A DNA stretch of 64,000 bases from positions 21,459-85,458 of the IMG/VR virus record IMGVR_UViG_3300034190_002401; one strand, given 5' to 3'. Within the stretch, counting starts at the first letter, position 1. Each line of letters starts with the position of its first letter. The position numbers were made by a program, and so were the translations under genes. Under the pieces are notes generated by a model. The model made no database searches. It saw only the letters and a list, made by a program, of their open reading frames with translations, and was not told where the DNA came from. Origin of the DNA: a virus. This document shows positions 27,267-37,729 of this stretch, one piece after another.

Positions 27267-27554
27267 ATGCCGATGGTAATCAGTGTAAACAAAAACGAAA
27301 GAAGCCCTGCTAACGAATGCCGATATCCCAACACGATTGTTGTAAGACCGAGGTCTGACTTCCGTATGTTGGGAAGTGGAATCTCAGTGTCGAGTTCCAA
27401 AACATACACAGCAATTGACGCTGTCAATCAGCCAGACTGGAAGACCAGAGGTTTGGTCTTCATCTTAGATGCCGAAGGAGATACAACTAACTTGGGTTTC
27501 CTGATTGACAAACACGACTATGTTGTGGTCGATGATGATGAGGTGGTTCAATGA
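27267..27554 (+). CDS. Hypothetical protein
   Basis: 95 aa, directly after the promoter. Confidence 0.7.
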   Translation: MPMVISVNKNERSPANECRYPNTIVVRPRSDFRMLGSGISVSSSKTYTAIDAVNQPDWKTRGLVFILDAEGDTTNLGFLIDKHDYVVVDDDEVVQ

Positions 27555-28456
27555 GTATTGAACACACGAGACTTCTGACAACCTCCCGTAAGAGATGGGT
27601 TGGACTGGAGTACTCCACTCTAGTGGACAAGATGAAGTGGGTTGATGTCCCAACACACATAGGTGAATGGCTGGAAGCCATTGGTGGGACTTGGGACTTG
27701 GGTTGGACTATGCCGAAGGGCTTGACCAGTTTCATGGCTGACAAAGACATGTCCGTGTCCCAACTTGATACTGTGTTGAAGTGGTTCGTTGACCACAGTG
27801 GTCACTGCTTCACGTATTACTGCCGGAACGAACATCCGTTTGGTAGGAGATACAGAATGTCGAAGAAGCCATTTACACACAAGTCTCACAACTACTCTGC
27901 AAAGGGATTGGCTGGAACCATCCAAGACAACCAGTTCTATGTGAACACAAGTGTGTTCGGTGATGGTGCTATCACCATGGACAATGCAACACTCAAGGAT
28001 TGGTACAACCAAGTGTTGGTTGATTTGCCCAAGGCGAGGTTGCAAATGTTGTTAGCAAACGACAACGAGAAAGTTGAGCAAGTGACAAGCAACTATGCAG
28101 ACCTTGCGGTCTACGACTCGAAACTGAGCAAGAGACTGGCGGAGTTAGACATACACAAGTTGCTGAAGGTGACCATTGAGAGCCACTTCGACAACATGCT
28201 CCACGAGAGTTGGGACATGCATCCGTTGGCTAAGGCCGATGACTTCGTGGCGACACTCAAGAGTGACTACTTGATTGACACACAGAGCATGTCCTTCGAT
28301 GAGCAGATTGAGAAGGTCAAGGCTGCCAACACACAGGTGAAGCAACTCGGAGCGAGCGTGTTCAGCAACATACTTGCGATTGAGTCAGCCAAGGAACAGG
28401 CACTGGCTAGCATAGCCAGTCTAGCAACTACAACACAGGAGAGTGAAGAGGAATGA
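27551..28456 (+). CDS. Hypothetical protein
   Basis: 301 aa, ATGA-coupled. Confidence 0.8.
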   Translation: MSIEHTRLLTTSRKRWVGLEYSTLVDKMKWVDVPTHIGEWLEAIGGTWDLGWTMPKGLTSFMADKDMSVSQLDTVLKWFVDHSGHCFTYYCRNEHPFGRRYRMSKKPFTHKSHNYSAKGLAGTIQDNQFYVNTSVFGDGAITMDNATLKDWYNQVLVDLPKARLQMLLANDNEKVEQVTSNYADLAVYDSKLSKRLAELDIHKLLKVTIESHFDNMLHESWDMHPLAKADDFVATLKSDYLIDTQSMSFDEQIEKVKAANTQVKQLGASVFSNILAIESAKEQALASIASLATTTQESEEE

Positions 28457-30816
28457 GCATTGAGAAGATGATGAATATGGAAAAGAACACACAGGTGATT
28501 GAGATGAACGACGAACACAAGACATACACAGACGAAGACACGTGGAACACACACAGGTTGAAACTGGTGAAGTCACAGAAGGCTATCGCCTTAGACCACT
28601 ACCGGGACTTCGGCAAGTCTTACGCAGGCTACCGTGTTCCCAAGACGCTCTACGTGTTGGTTGACGACGACCCTTGGGAGGTTGTCAAGTGGTGTGAGTC
28701 TACCATATCAGTGGACACTGATATCTTCGTGAGGACTTGCCCTCTCAATCCAAGGCACGGCGTGTTGGAAAGCACGAGGTGTGCCAACCACAAGAATGCC
28801 ATAGTCAAGACGATTCAACACCTACAGGCAGTCATGTTGGAACACGACCCTGAGGGTTGCTTGATTGTTCAGCCTTACCAACCTGCGATTGCCTCGTGTG
28901 TCCTTGCTCCGAACATGTATGTTGTATTCGGTGAGGGTCACGACGGAGTGACTGCCGGAACTAACTACTCTGACGCAGGTACATCTCTGATGTTCCCGCT
29001 ATCAGAGAAAGACCGTGTGTTTGAGGGAGCACTCGTCAAGATGAGCCTTGGAAGTGGACACATATACAATACCGACAAGCATGAGATTGAGATGGTCTTC
29101 AACGATGAGGAGCATTACAACAGACAGTGGGGTGACGATTACATCAATTCGGTCAAGGCAATACTCACACAGATACGTGGGTGTGACGAACACATACAGG
29201 TTGGGACACCACCGGAAGGAGTCAGCATCAACGGCTCTATCCCCTCTGGGGATGTAGTGGTGACTGAGACTGTGGTCATGACTGGACTTGAACAAGTCCA
29301 GTGGCTTGAGGAGAACATCACGAAGGAACTTTGTCCTGATGGCTTCGTTGTCGTTGAGCCTAACGGCTCTCTGTTGAGTCACATCAACGCACACTGCCGA
29401 ACACATGGCATCCCGTATGTCATAACAGACGAGGTGTGTGTTGGAGACACATGGACTGAGGTTGCTTCGGGATGGGTCATTCAGAACAATGACGGTGACT
29501 TCGTTGCCAATCCATACAACCCTTGGCAACACGTCAGTGCGTTCAGGGATGGGGTGACATACGGCAATGCACATTGGAACAGGAAGCAGTCAGCATTGTC
29601 TACGTTCTTCCATCAGTGGATGGGTCAGCCTTGCAACGACCCACAACTCAGTGCGTTCCTTGGTGGTGTGTTCTGTGCATGGATTGTCAAAGCCACAATC
29701 GGTGCGACTGTTGGAGAGATGAGACACGCTAGGTCTCAGAAGAAGAACTACCGAGTCACCATACCACTGGCCACCAACTCGTTCATGGGTGTTGAACCCA
29801 TGGATGATTGGGACATGGACAGTGGGATTGGGATACCTAACAGTCGAACACCATACCACCGATGGATGAGAGACACCATCGTGGATTGGGAACAGGCATC
29901 GCACCTTCTGACATACATGCATGACGAATACAAGACCGGTTGGTCATCAGCCTACGGTGGGCCGAAGTGGGGAGACGGAGCGGAGAAAGGTGCTCGTGTT
30001 GCAACACTCATACACCAACTCGTGAGTGCATCAGATGACGTGTTGGAAGACGTGGGCAAGGAACTGGTCGAAGCAGTCAACGCCTTGGAGAATGCACAGC
30101 ACAACAACGGTGGTCTACTGAACAAGTTCGGTGGTGATACCATGACTCACTTCAATGCTGGAACACATGGCTACGCAGAGAGTGAGATGAGGCATGCTCT
30201 TCACTCATACATGATTGCGATGGACATCGTGAACGACCGTGTTGAGACAAACGCACGGGAATGCAACATACTATGGGGAGATGTCGTTGCCTTCCTCGGC
30301 AAGAGTCCTTCGTACTTCAGGAACAACCCTGTGTTCAAACACACGGATGCACCCAAGGATGTTCAGGTTGTCCTTGACAAGTGGAACGAGACCGGAGACC
30401 TAACACACATGTTCCACGGCGACTCAAACCACCAGTACAACAAGACTGGCCACGAGTCTTACATCCCTACGGGACACAGTTGTGATGGTTCAGACACACA
30501 TCACTTCAACAAGGTGAGCATGCAGGCCAACAAGTCCGTGCCTTCCAACACATACGACGTGTTCCTGCTTGGGAAGCAACAGACGCAGGTTATCAAGGTC
30601 GAGTCAGATGTGGTCAAGAGTGTGAAGAAATTACAGGCACTGGTCGGCAACGACTGGAATCTATCGAACTTGATAGCACAAGTCTGTCAACACGTAGAGG
30701 ATGGAACATGGGAAGAAGTCGAACACTTGTGGGCTACGTATGTGTATGGACTTGAGACGAGTGAGTTCGTGACATACATGAACGCATTGAAACTAGCACA
30801 GGAGATGAAACAATGA
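28453..30816 (+). CDS. PEP synthase/PPDK-like dikinase (ATP-grasp + phosphohistidine swivel) with a novel C-terminal domain
   Basis: FVRTCP, LIVQPY, GEGHDGVTAG, EIEMV and LTQIR are ATP-grasp motifs; NGSLLSHINAHCRTHGIPYV is the His-swivel motif. Confidence 0.75.
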   Translation: MSIEKMMNMEKNTQVIEMNDEHKTYTDEDTWNTHRLKLVKSQKAIALDHYRDFGKSYAGYRVPKTLYVLVDDDPWEVVKWCESTISVDTDIFVRTCPLNPRHGVLESTRCANHKNAIVKTIQHLQAVMLEHDPEGCLIVQPYQPAIASCVLAPNMYVVFGEGHDGVTAGTNYSDAGTSLMFPLSEKDRVFEGALVKMSLGSGHIYNTDKHEIEMVFNDEEHYNRQWGDDYINSVKAILTQIRGCDEHIQVGTPPEGVSINGSIPSGDVVVTETVVMTGLEQVQWLEENITKELCPDGFVVVEPNGSLLSHINAHCRTHGIPYVITDEVCVGDTWTEVASGWVIQNNDGDFVANPYNPWQHVSAFRDGVTYGNAHWNRKQSALSTFFHQWMGQPCNDPQLSAFLGGVFCAWIVKATIGATVGEMRHARSQKKNYRVTIPLATNSFMGVEPMDDWDMDSGIGIPNSRTPYHRWMRDTIVDWEQASHLLTYMHDEYKTGWSSAYGGPKWGDGAEKGARVATLIHQLVSASDDVLEDVGKELVEAVNALENAQHNNGGLLNKFGGDTMTHFNAGTHGYAESEMRHALHSYMIAMDIVNDRVETNARECNILWGDVVAFLGKSPSYFRNNPVFKHTDAPKDVQVVLDKWNETGDLTHMFHGDSNHQYNKTGHESYIPTGHSCDGSDTHHFNKVSMQANKSVPSNTYDVFLLGKQQTQVIKVESDVVKSVKKLQALVGNDWNLSNLIAQVCQHVEDGTWEEVEHLWATYVYGLETSEFVTYMNALKLAQEMKQ

Positions 30817-31901
30817 AATGGAAGAAGTACCTTACAGGAAAGAATGGAGATGAGAAGATGAAACAGAGAAAGATATGCAAACACGAGACATGCCAGAATG
30901 ACGCACCGAAGGTCGGGGACTACTGTGCTACGCACAAGTCCAAGTCCAAGTCCAAGGGACACACGTATGTATCCAAGAATGGATGTCACACAGGCAACGT
31001 GCTTGTGTTCACAACACCTGAGGGTATCAAGGTCTACGGTGGTGGCTCAAGCCGTCAAGGTGGTTGGTGGTTGATGAACCCACTACCGGATGTTGCAATA
31101 GGTCCGAGTGAGATTGTGTCCAAGGGTCACAGGTATCTCAAGAGTGGTGACCATGACTTCCCCGAAGGTTGGAAGGCATCCAACACACAAGCGTCTGACA
31201 ACACGACTGCTGTGTTCAGCATCGACTGGCCGGACTACTCCATCCCTACGGGGCTGGGTCGTGAGTTCTGGCTCGCACTTGTTGAGGACATCTACACCAA
31301 GGGTGTCATGACTGTCTCTTGCCAGTGCATGGGTGGACATGGTAGAACTGGTGTGCAGTTGGCTATCCTTGCTCACTACCTACTGCCTGAGTCCCAACAC
31401 TCATGGAGGGATGCAGGTCAGTTGATTGACTGGGTCAGGGAACACATGTGTGTCCATGAGGTCGAGGCATCGAGTCAGCAGAAGTACATCGCTGATGTGT
31501 GTGGCTTGCCTGTTGGAGACTCACGTGTGTCATCCAGCAAGTGGGGTGGCTACTCAGGTGGATGGGGCAATCACTATGCGAGTATCAACACGCAGAGCAT
31601 ATACAAACAGGTGAATGATTCCCTTGAGGATGGCGACGACTTCGATGACTGGGAGTACACTGAAAGTGGTTGGTCAAGGAAGGATGATAGTGAAGAAACA
31701 GACGTGCTCGACAGGGTATTTGAGTGTCTGAATTGCGATGCTCAAGAAGTCATCGGGCCGCACATAGAGCGAGACAGCAACGGTGAGATACCGTGCATCA
31801 CATGTGGTAGTTCCAACATGATAGATGTGACAGACGTAGGTGTGGGTAAGGTTGACCTTTCCCATTTAAAGGAACAAGATAAGAAACAGGAGAGTGAATG
31901 A
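30813..31901 (+). CDS. Dual-specificity/PTP-family Cys phosphatase with Zn-finger extensions
   Basis: WPDYSIP acid loop, CMGGHGRTG P-loop, VEASSQ Q-loop. Confidence 0.9.
   Translation: MKWKKYLTGKNGDEKMKQRKICKHETCQNDAPKVGDYCATHKSKSKSKGHTYVSKNGCHTGNVLVFTTPEGIKVYGGGSSRQGGWWLMNPLPDVAIGPSEIVSKGHRYLKSGDHDFPEGWKASNTQASDNTTAVFSIDWPDYSIPTGLGREFWLALVEDIYTKGVMTVSCQCMGGHGRTGVQLAILAHYLLPESQHSWRDAGQLIDWVREHMCVHEVEASSQQKYIADVCGLPVGDSRVSSSKWGGYSGGWGNHYASINTQSIYKQVNDSLEDGDDFDDWEYTESGWSRKDDSEETDVLDRVFECLNCDAQEVIGPHIERDSNGEIPCITCGSSNMIDVTDVGVGKVDLSHLKEQDKKQESE
31855..31876 (+). promoter_or_regulatory. Viral early promoter, copy 3 (inside the phosphatase 3' end)
   Basis: ACCTTTCCCATTTAAAGGAACA. Confidence 0.8.
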
Positions 31902-32332
31902 ACATGAATGAACAAACGAATGGAAATGGAATAATGGAAAGAATGCAAGTGAGAACGGAATACAGCAGTGAGTATGCGATGCATATTCAGATACTTGGGA
32001 GTATCAATGTGAACCGTGAGTATGGATATGCGAACGAGTTGAGAGCACCACAGGTTGTGATTGACTGGCTACGTGAGCAAGAGCCAATCTTGGAGAGTGC
32101 AGCGAGCAAGGGACACAACTACTACATCCGCATGGATGCGGTTGAGTTCGATGACAACACGCATGCGTTGCTGATACACGGCACGCCTTTGAATCACGAG
32201 AAGGGTTGCCTCTTGGGTGTGAACCCCAGTCCCTCAGTGACACAGGTGTTTGACTACGCCAAGCAAGGCGAGTGTGTTGTGTCAATGGACAAGGCTGATG
32301 CTATGGCATCAATGGTAGGTGAGGAAGAATGA
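31898..32332 (+). CDS. Hypothetical protein
   Basis: 144 aa, coupled. Confidence 0.7.
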   Translation: MNMNEQTNGNGIMERMQVRTEYSSEYAMHIQILGSINVNREYGYANELRAPQVVIDWLREQEPILESAASKGHNYYIRMDAVEFDDNTHALLIHGTPLNHEKGCLLGVNPSPSVTQVFDYAKQGECVVSMDKADAMASMVGEEE

Positions 32333-32616
32333 TTGACACAGACAAATACGAAGGACATACACAGGGTCATTGGGCTATCACTACTCGTAAAGGAACATGG
32401 GTAGTCTATACACAGGACAACGGTGATGTTGCTACCATGAATGATTACGAAGATGCAAGACTCATAGCAGACGCACCACTTCTCCTTGAGGAAGTCCAGC
32501 GGTTGCGTAAGCAATTGAGCGAGGCAGAGGATGTTATCCAATACGCTCTTGACATGACAAGTGATGATGATGCCAAGAATGTGTTTGAGGATTTCTTGGG
32601 GGTGAAAGAAGAATGA
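32329..32616 (+). CDS. Conserved phage hypothetical protein (HTxGxW...ARLIAxAP family)
   Basis: GHTQGHW...DARLIADAPLLL. Confidence 0.75.
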   Translation: MIDTDKYEGHTQGHWAITTRKGTWVVYTQDNGDVATMNDYEDARLIADAPLLLEEVQRLRKQLSEAEDVIQYALDMTSDDDAKNVFEDFLGVKEE

Positions 32617-33158
32617 TTGACACAAACGAGTACAAGTTCTACGTGGGAGACCCATGCTACGTGATTGACAGCAGGAGATGGAGCGAGTTCTGTGACAAGT
32701 TGTTTGCCCTTGAGGGATTCAAGAAGAACGAGGACTACTATGGCATAGTCAAGTGGGAAGTGAATGGTCGAACATACGACGTTGAGTGTCACGCATCACC
32801 CGGTGGTGATAACACGTGGTACTTCAACGAGAAAGATGATTCAGGCAACGACATCGAGTTGGGTGTTGACGCAGGCATGTTGGCAATCGTGCCCATGGAG
32901 TGCGTGTGTCCTGTACAGGTATCAGGGTACGGTGGTGGCATCACTGGTCTAGGTGCGGTGTTCAACACAGTCCCGATTCTGGTGACGTCCAATCACAGTT
33001 GTGGTTGGGTCGAACTCAACGGAGTCAAGGACACGCAGTACACAGACAACTTGTGTGAGGAGTGTGGTGGCCATGACTTCAACCTTGAGTACTGTGAGTA
33101 CTACGGTGCTATGGTATGTTGGGGATGCTACGAAGAAGAGGAGAGTGAGGAAGAATGA
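32613..33158 (+). CDS. Conserved phage hypothetical protein (GDPCY...VDAG family)
   Basis: FYVGDPCYVI, GVDAGMLAI and a C-terminal Cys cluster. Confidence 0.75.
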   Translation: MIDTNEYKFYVGDPCYVIDSRRWSEFCDKLFALEGFKKNEDYYGIVKWEVNGRTYDVECHASPGGDNTWYFNEKDDSGNDIELGVDAGMLAIVPMECVCPVQVSGYGGGITGLGAVFNTVPILVTSNHSCGWVELNGVKDTQYTDNLCEECGGHDFNLEYCEYYGAMVCWGCYEEEESEEE

Positions 33159-33628
33159 CACACAGATACATAGGTCTTGGATACATGAAAATTACAGACA
33201 ACGTTTTCTGTGCCGATGGTAAGAAGTTCATCGAGGGTGATGACACACATCGCATGTTGAACACGGAGCGGATAGACACAGTCGTGTCCCTTGACAGGAG
33301 AGCAGGTAAGTGGGTTGAAAACAACTCGCACACAGTGTATGTCAGTAGGATTGTCAGACACATCGAGAATCCCTACGGGAAGAAGAACTACGTCAAGGAC
33401 GAGGACTACATTCGTGACACTGCTCAGTTGATACTGACACTGGCACAAGACGCACCAGTGTTCTTCCACTGCTTGCATGGCAAGGACAGGACGGGCTTCG
33501 TCAGGGATGCCATCGAACGCATGCTTGACCCCAAGCGTGTTCCAACAGGCATGCGTGAGGATGACGAGTTAATCATACGTGTTGAGGATGGAGAGACAAT
33601 TCACGAGAGGTGGGAACTTGACTCTTAA
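33155..33628 (+). CDS. Tyrosine-phosphatase-family protein
   Basis: PVFFHCLHGKDRTG P-loop. Confidence 0.85.
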   Translation: MTHRYIGLGYMKITDNVFCADGKKFIEGDDTHRMLNTERIDTVVSLDRRAGKWVENNSHTVYVSRIVRHIENPYGKKNYVKDEDYIRDTAQLILTLAQDAPVFFHCLHGKDRTGFVRDAIERMLDPKRVPTGMREDDELIIRVEDGETIHERWELDS

Positions 33629-35705
33629 GGCAGACATGTACACAGAGACGTACTACACGAATAACGACACACAGCGTAGGTATCCAAGACAGGCGAAGCG
33701 TGTTGCACTGTCCTTCCCATACAACCCTGAGATAAACAATGCCATGAAGACTGAGTTGAAGTCCCTTGAGGGATTCTACAACGTCAAGTGGAGCAACAAC
33801 ACATGGAGCGTGCGTTTCGACAGGGATGTGTTGCAGGTCACTGCTTCCATCTTTGAGAGGTTCGGCTACGACAGTTCACCTATCACTGAGCACATAGCAT
33901 CCGCTCCTTCAAACACGAGTACTGCGAGCAAGTGTTCAGCATACATCGTGGATGGTGCGTTGGCATTGGAGTGGCCTTTCATTAGGGATGAATCCCTGAG
34001 GGATGAGGTCAAGGAGATTGTCAAGGGCATTCCTAACAGGAAGTGGGACAAAGACAACAAGCGTTGGATGATACCGATAAAGCAAGCAGGATTCCTAGTC
34101 AAGAGACTGGAGGATGTCTACGAGCCACTGGCCACAGTGGTGAACGAACTTGAGGATGTTCAGATGTACATCACCAAACATGCGGAGCGTGTTGCAATCA
34201 GCAGTGCAGTGGAGTTGTCAAACTCACACACAGTAGATGATATGCAGAAGAGGTTGTCTGAACACTTCCACGAAGGCCGTGAGTTGTACCCCTTCCAATA
34301 CGTGGGTGTTCGCTTCGCTGAACTGGCAGGTGGTAGATGCCTCATCGGAGACGACATGGGCATAGGCAAGACCATCCAAGCGATAGCATACGCATCCCTT
34401 CACAGGGAACTATGGCCTGTGTTGGTGGTCTGTCCCTCTAGCGTCAAGTACAACTGGGCCAAGGAGATAGACACATGGCTCAAAGACGTGAGTGTCGAGG
34501 TGGTCAATGGCTTCAAGGGTGAGATAGCAGATGCTGACTTCACTGTGGTCAACTATGACTTGATGGGTAAGAGAGAGGAGCAACTCACGGGCATGGGATT
34601 CAACCTATGCGTGTTCGATGAGTCACACTTCCTGAAGAACAAGACAGCCAAGAGGACACAGGCTTGTCTCAACATAGGGAAGCAGTCACAGAGCGTGCTC
34701 TGTCTCAGTGGTACTGCCATAACCAGTCGGCCTGAGGAGTACTTCACCACGCTGAACCTACTCAGGCCTGTTGACTTCCCGTCATGGCTCAAGTATGTTC
34801 GGAGGTACTGCGATGCGTATCACAACGGGTTCGGTTGGGACACACGTGGCTCTTCCAACGAGAAGGAACTACACAATGTGAGTAGAGACTTCGTGCTTCG
34901 CAGACTGAAGAAGGAGGTCATGGAGGAACTGCCAGACAAGATAAGGCAGGACTTCGCAGTCGAGCCTTCGGCATCTGGGGTCAAGTCCTACCAGACCTTG
35001 CAGTCTGGGTGGTTGGATGAGTACAGGCAACACAAGCAGAACAACACACTCCCTGCGGGATTCGTGTTGAACATGCTCACGAGTCTGAGACATCACTGTG
35101 GGATGCTCAAGGTGCAGTCGGCTTGTGAATGGGTGGCTCAGTACCACGAACAGACAGGCAAGCCTGTCATCGTGTACACGCATCACAGGGATGTGTTGAA
35201 ACGAGTAGTGGACACACTCAACCCTGATTTCCTACGTGTTGCAGTCATCGAAGGTGGAGTGACAGCACAGAAGAGGCAGTCCATAATAGAGGACTTCCAA
35301 GCGGGGAACGTAGACGTGTTGGTTGCTAACATACTGTCGGCCAACATGGGAATAACACTCACCAAAGCAGACACGGTTGTGTTCGTGGAACGTGAGTGGA
35401 CTCCTGCCGTAGAGGAACAGGCGGAGGACAGAGTGAATAGGATAGGTCAGGATGCGAGTGTTGTTCACGCAGTCTACCTGTCTGTCTCCAACACGATTGA
35501 CGAGAGGTTCTCTCGCATCGTCTCTCAGAAGAGAGATGTAGTCAAAGGGATACTGGATGGAGGAGAGAAGGAACAGAGGAAGGCCTTGGCAACAGAGTTG
35601 CTCATGGGCATGGTTGATTCAGGTGAGATACCTGCGAGCATGCTAACCGATTTCATCGGTGGAAAAGGGTCTTCCCCATTTAAAGGAACAACAGAGGAGT
35701 GGTGA
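33618..35705 (+). CDS. SNF2-family helicase with HARP-like N-terminal domains (SMARCAL1-like)
   Basis: DDMGIGKT, DESH, LSGT, QAEDRVNRIGQ; two FPY...W..W repeats. Start uncertain (TTG 33618 or ATG 33636). Confidence 0.9.
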   Translation: MTLKADMYTETYYTNNDTQRRYPRQAKRVALSFPYNPEINNAMKTELKSLEGFYNVKWSNNTWSVRFDRDVLQVTASIFERFGYDSSPITEHIASAPSNTSTASKCSAYIVDGALALEWPFIRDESLRDEVKEIVKGIPNRKWDKDNKRWMIPIKQAGFLVKRLEDVYEPLATVVNELEDVQMYITKHAERVAISSAVELSNSHTVDDMQKRLSEHFHEGRELYPFQYVGVRFAELAGGRCLIGDDMGIGKTIQAIAYASLHRELWPVLVVCPSSVKYNWAKEIDTWLKDVSVEVVNGFKGEIADADFTVVNYDLMGKREEQLTGMGFNLCVFDESHFLKNKTAKRTQACLNIGKQSQSVLCLSGTAITSRPEEYFTTLNLLRPVDFPSWLKYVRRYCDAYHNGFGWDTRGSSNEKELHNVSRDFVLRRLKKEVMEELPDKIRQDFAVEPSASGVKSYQTLQSGWLDEYRQHKQNNTLPAGFVLNMLTSLRHHCGMLKVQSACEWVAQYHEQTGKPVIVYTHHRDVLKRVVDTLNPDFLRVAVIEGGVTAQKRQSIIEDFQAGNVDVLVANILSANMGITLTKADTVVFVEREWTPAVEEQAEDRVNRIGQDASVVHAVYLSVSNTIDERFSRIVSQKRDVVKGILDGGEKEQRKALATELLMGMVDSGEIPASMLTDFIGGKGSSPFKGTTEEW
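35669..35690 (+). promoter_or_regulatory. Viral early promoter, copy 4
   Basis: GTCTTCCCCATTTAAAGGAACA. Confidence 0.75.
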
Positions 35706-35710
35706 TTGAT

Positions 35711-36916
35711 ATGGATATGAACATTGATACAAACGAGATGACGAATGACGACGAAAGCCCGAACTGGGATACACACACTATTGCTAGTGGTGCTATGCAA
35801 GTTCACGAAGGAGAAGGCTTTGCCTTCTTGACCAAAGGTGGTAGGACTAAAACAGTCTGTGACTGGGACTTCAAACCCTATGTGTTGCCTGCTGTGATAA
35901 ACGTTGACCAACATCCTGAGGACTCAGGTGTGGATGACGGACTGTACACAGTAACAGATGCATACAACGGTGAGAACAACCTGTTCATTATCATGAACCC
36001 CAAGGTCAGGACAGAAAAGCAACCTGTCGGTGCTATACTAGGTGCTGTCTCCAAGAGATACGCAGGTGTGTCTTACCCAGAAGTGTTTGCTCCATTGGCA
36101 ATGCACTGCAACGAGAAGGGATGGGACTTCAAGATAACAGCCTACGACTTCGGCAAGAAAGCACGAATGGACATCAACGTGGTTGCTAACGAGAAGTCAG
36201 AACTCACACAGGTTGGAGACTTGTACAAGTATGGTGTGTCTATTCACAACAGCCTTGACGGTAGTGGCTCTCTGAAAATCAACGGAGTTGCAGAAAGGCT
36301 TGCCTGTACCAACGGTATGGTTGCTACATCCACCAAGAACCTAGCGAGTTTGAGACACACGAAGAATGGTGTTGGCTCAATTGACTTCGCAAAGTTCAGC
36401 AACTCGATTGCGGGTATGATTGAAGACGTGGTGAAGGAACTCGAACTCGTTGAGTCTATGACTTCCTTCGGGATGGACAACGACCTGTTCGGCAAACTTC
36501 TAGTTGCGGCACGAGAGAGAAAGATTCTCTCCCTGCCTCAAGCAACACCCATGATAAACAAGCAGACCGATACAGTTGTGGACTACTCCATCTCCAGAGG
36601 CTACGGTTTCCGTGCGGCACTCATGGGTTGGAACAGACCTGAGGCTGACTTCGTGAAGGTTGAGGGTGAGGCAATCGGTACGGCATACCATGCTTACAAC
36701 GTACTCACTGGTGTTCTAACACACAAGCCTACATGGAGTGGTGCTAACACACTGAGTGGTAAAGGCAACGCTGTCCTTACAGGAAGTGCCCTAGCAATCG
36801 GTGCTCTTGACACACGACTACATGCAGTCCACAAACTCATGTCGGATGTTGTATCCGGTGTTGTGGATTTGAACGAGTACGTCACCCCTATGGAAGCCAT
36901 GGGGGTGACACTCTGA
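35711..36916 (+). CDS. DUF932/DUF945-family protein
   Basis: NSLDGSGS...RLACTNGM...RHT; GTAYHAYN. Confidence 0.8.
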   Translation: MDMNIDTNEMTNDDESPNWDTHTIASGAMQVHEGEGFAFLTKGGRTKTVCDWDFKPYVLPAVINVDQHPEDSGVDDGLYTVTDAYNGENNLFIIMNPKVRTEKQPVGAILGAVSKRYAGVSYPEVFAPLAMHCNEKGWDFKITAYDFGKKARMDINVVANEKSELTQVGDLYKYGVSIHNSLDGSGSLKINGVAERLACTNGMVATSTKNLASLRHTKNGVGSIDFAKFSNSIAGMIEDVVKELELVESMTSFGMDNDLFGKLLVAARERKILSLPQATPMINKQTDTVVDYSISRGYGFRAALMGWNRPEADFVKVEGEAIGTAYHAYNVLTGVLTHKPTWSGANTLSGKGNAVLTGSALAIGALDTRLHAVHKLMSDVVSGVVDLNEYVTPMEAMGVTL

Positions 36917-36942
36917 GCACTGAATACGGCAAGAAGACAGGT

Positions 36943-37371
36943 GTGTTGATTCGCACCAACGGGAAGGTCGAACCAATCAACGTGTACGACCTTGACGACA
37001 TGCAGAATGCCGTAGGTGGGAACATCGAATACGCATTGACTGGGGGTGATGACATCACCCTCAACGGTGTCAAGCAGACATGGGACTTGATTGGGAACGA
37101 GGAAGGCAGGCTACGTGAACTGCCCCTCAACCCAATCGCTCGTGAGTTCATCGCAGAGATGTGCAACATGCCCCTTGGGAGTGTGTTGTCAATGCACGGT
37201 GACTTCCTGTTGCTAGGCCACGATGATGAGGGTGCTACCACAGACTGCCCGACACACATCCGTGAGCGAGTCATGCAGATGAGCATGTTCGATGCTCCCT
37301 TCGCATCAGTGACCACAGTCGATGCCGATGGGACATACGATGTGCAACTGTTCGGAGGTGATGAGGAATGA
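36943..37371 (+). CDS. DUF3846-like protein
   Basis: MQNAVGGNIE...NEEGRLRELPLN...GDFLLLG. Confidence 0.75.
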   Translation: MLIRTNGKVEPINVYDLDDMQNAVGGNIEYALTGGDDITLNGVKQTWDLIGNEEGRLRELPLNPIAREFIAEMCNMPLGSVLSMHGDFLLLGHDDEGATTDCPTHIRERVMQMSMFDAPFASVTTVDADGTYDVQLFGGDEE

Positions 37372-37553
37372 AGGTAGCGAGATACCAGTACAAGCCTGAC
37401 GGCATGCGGTGCTCTCCTGTGTTTGATACACACAAGGGTAAGGAGTGGTGCAACGCTGGCTTTGGGACTCATGGACACATAGGTGCGACAGAGGGTATGT
37501 CCTTCTGCTCCGCTTGTGGCCAAGAGGTAGGCAAGGAGAAGGTGGTTGAATGA
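37368..37553 (+). CDS. Small Zn-binding hypothetical protein
   Basis: 61 aa, CSACG, coupled. Confidence 0.6.
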   Translation: MKVARYQYKPDGMRCSPVFDTHKGKEWCNAGFGTHGHIGATEGMSFCSACGQEVGKEKVVE

Positions 37554-37729
37554 GTTACTGGGAAAGCCTGACAGAGACACACGAGATACTGGCATGGGAG
37601 GAAGGCAGGCTTCAGGGGATGAAGGACATTCGTATGCTCGCCTTCTCTGTGCCTGCTCCTAAGTGTGTGCTACAAGCCATCAGAGAGCAACAGGAGGTTA
37701 TCGATGAGATACGAGGTGAGGAAGAATGA
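37550..37729 (+). CDS. Hypothetical 59-aa protein (MSYWESLTETHE...)
   Basis: Below the ORF-track cutoff; ATGA overlaps on both sides. Confidence 0.65.
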   Translation: MSYWESLTETHEILAWEEGRLQGMKDIRMLAFSVPAPKCVLQAIREQQEVIDEIRGEEE

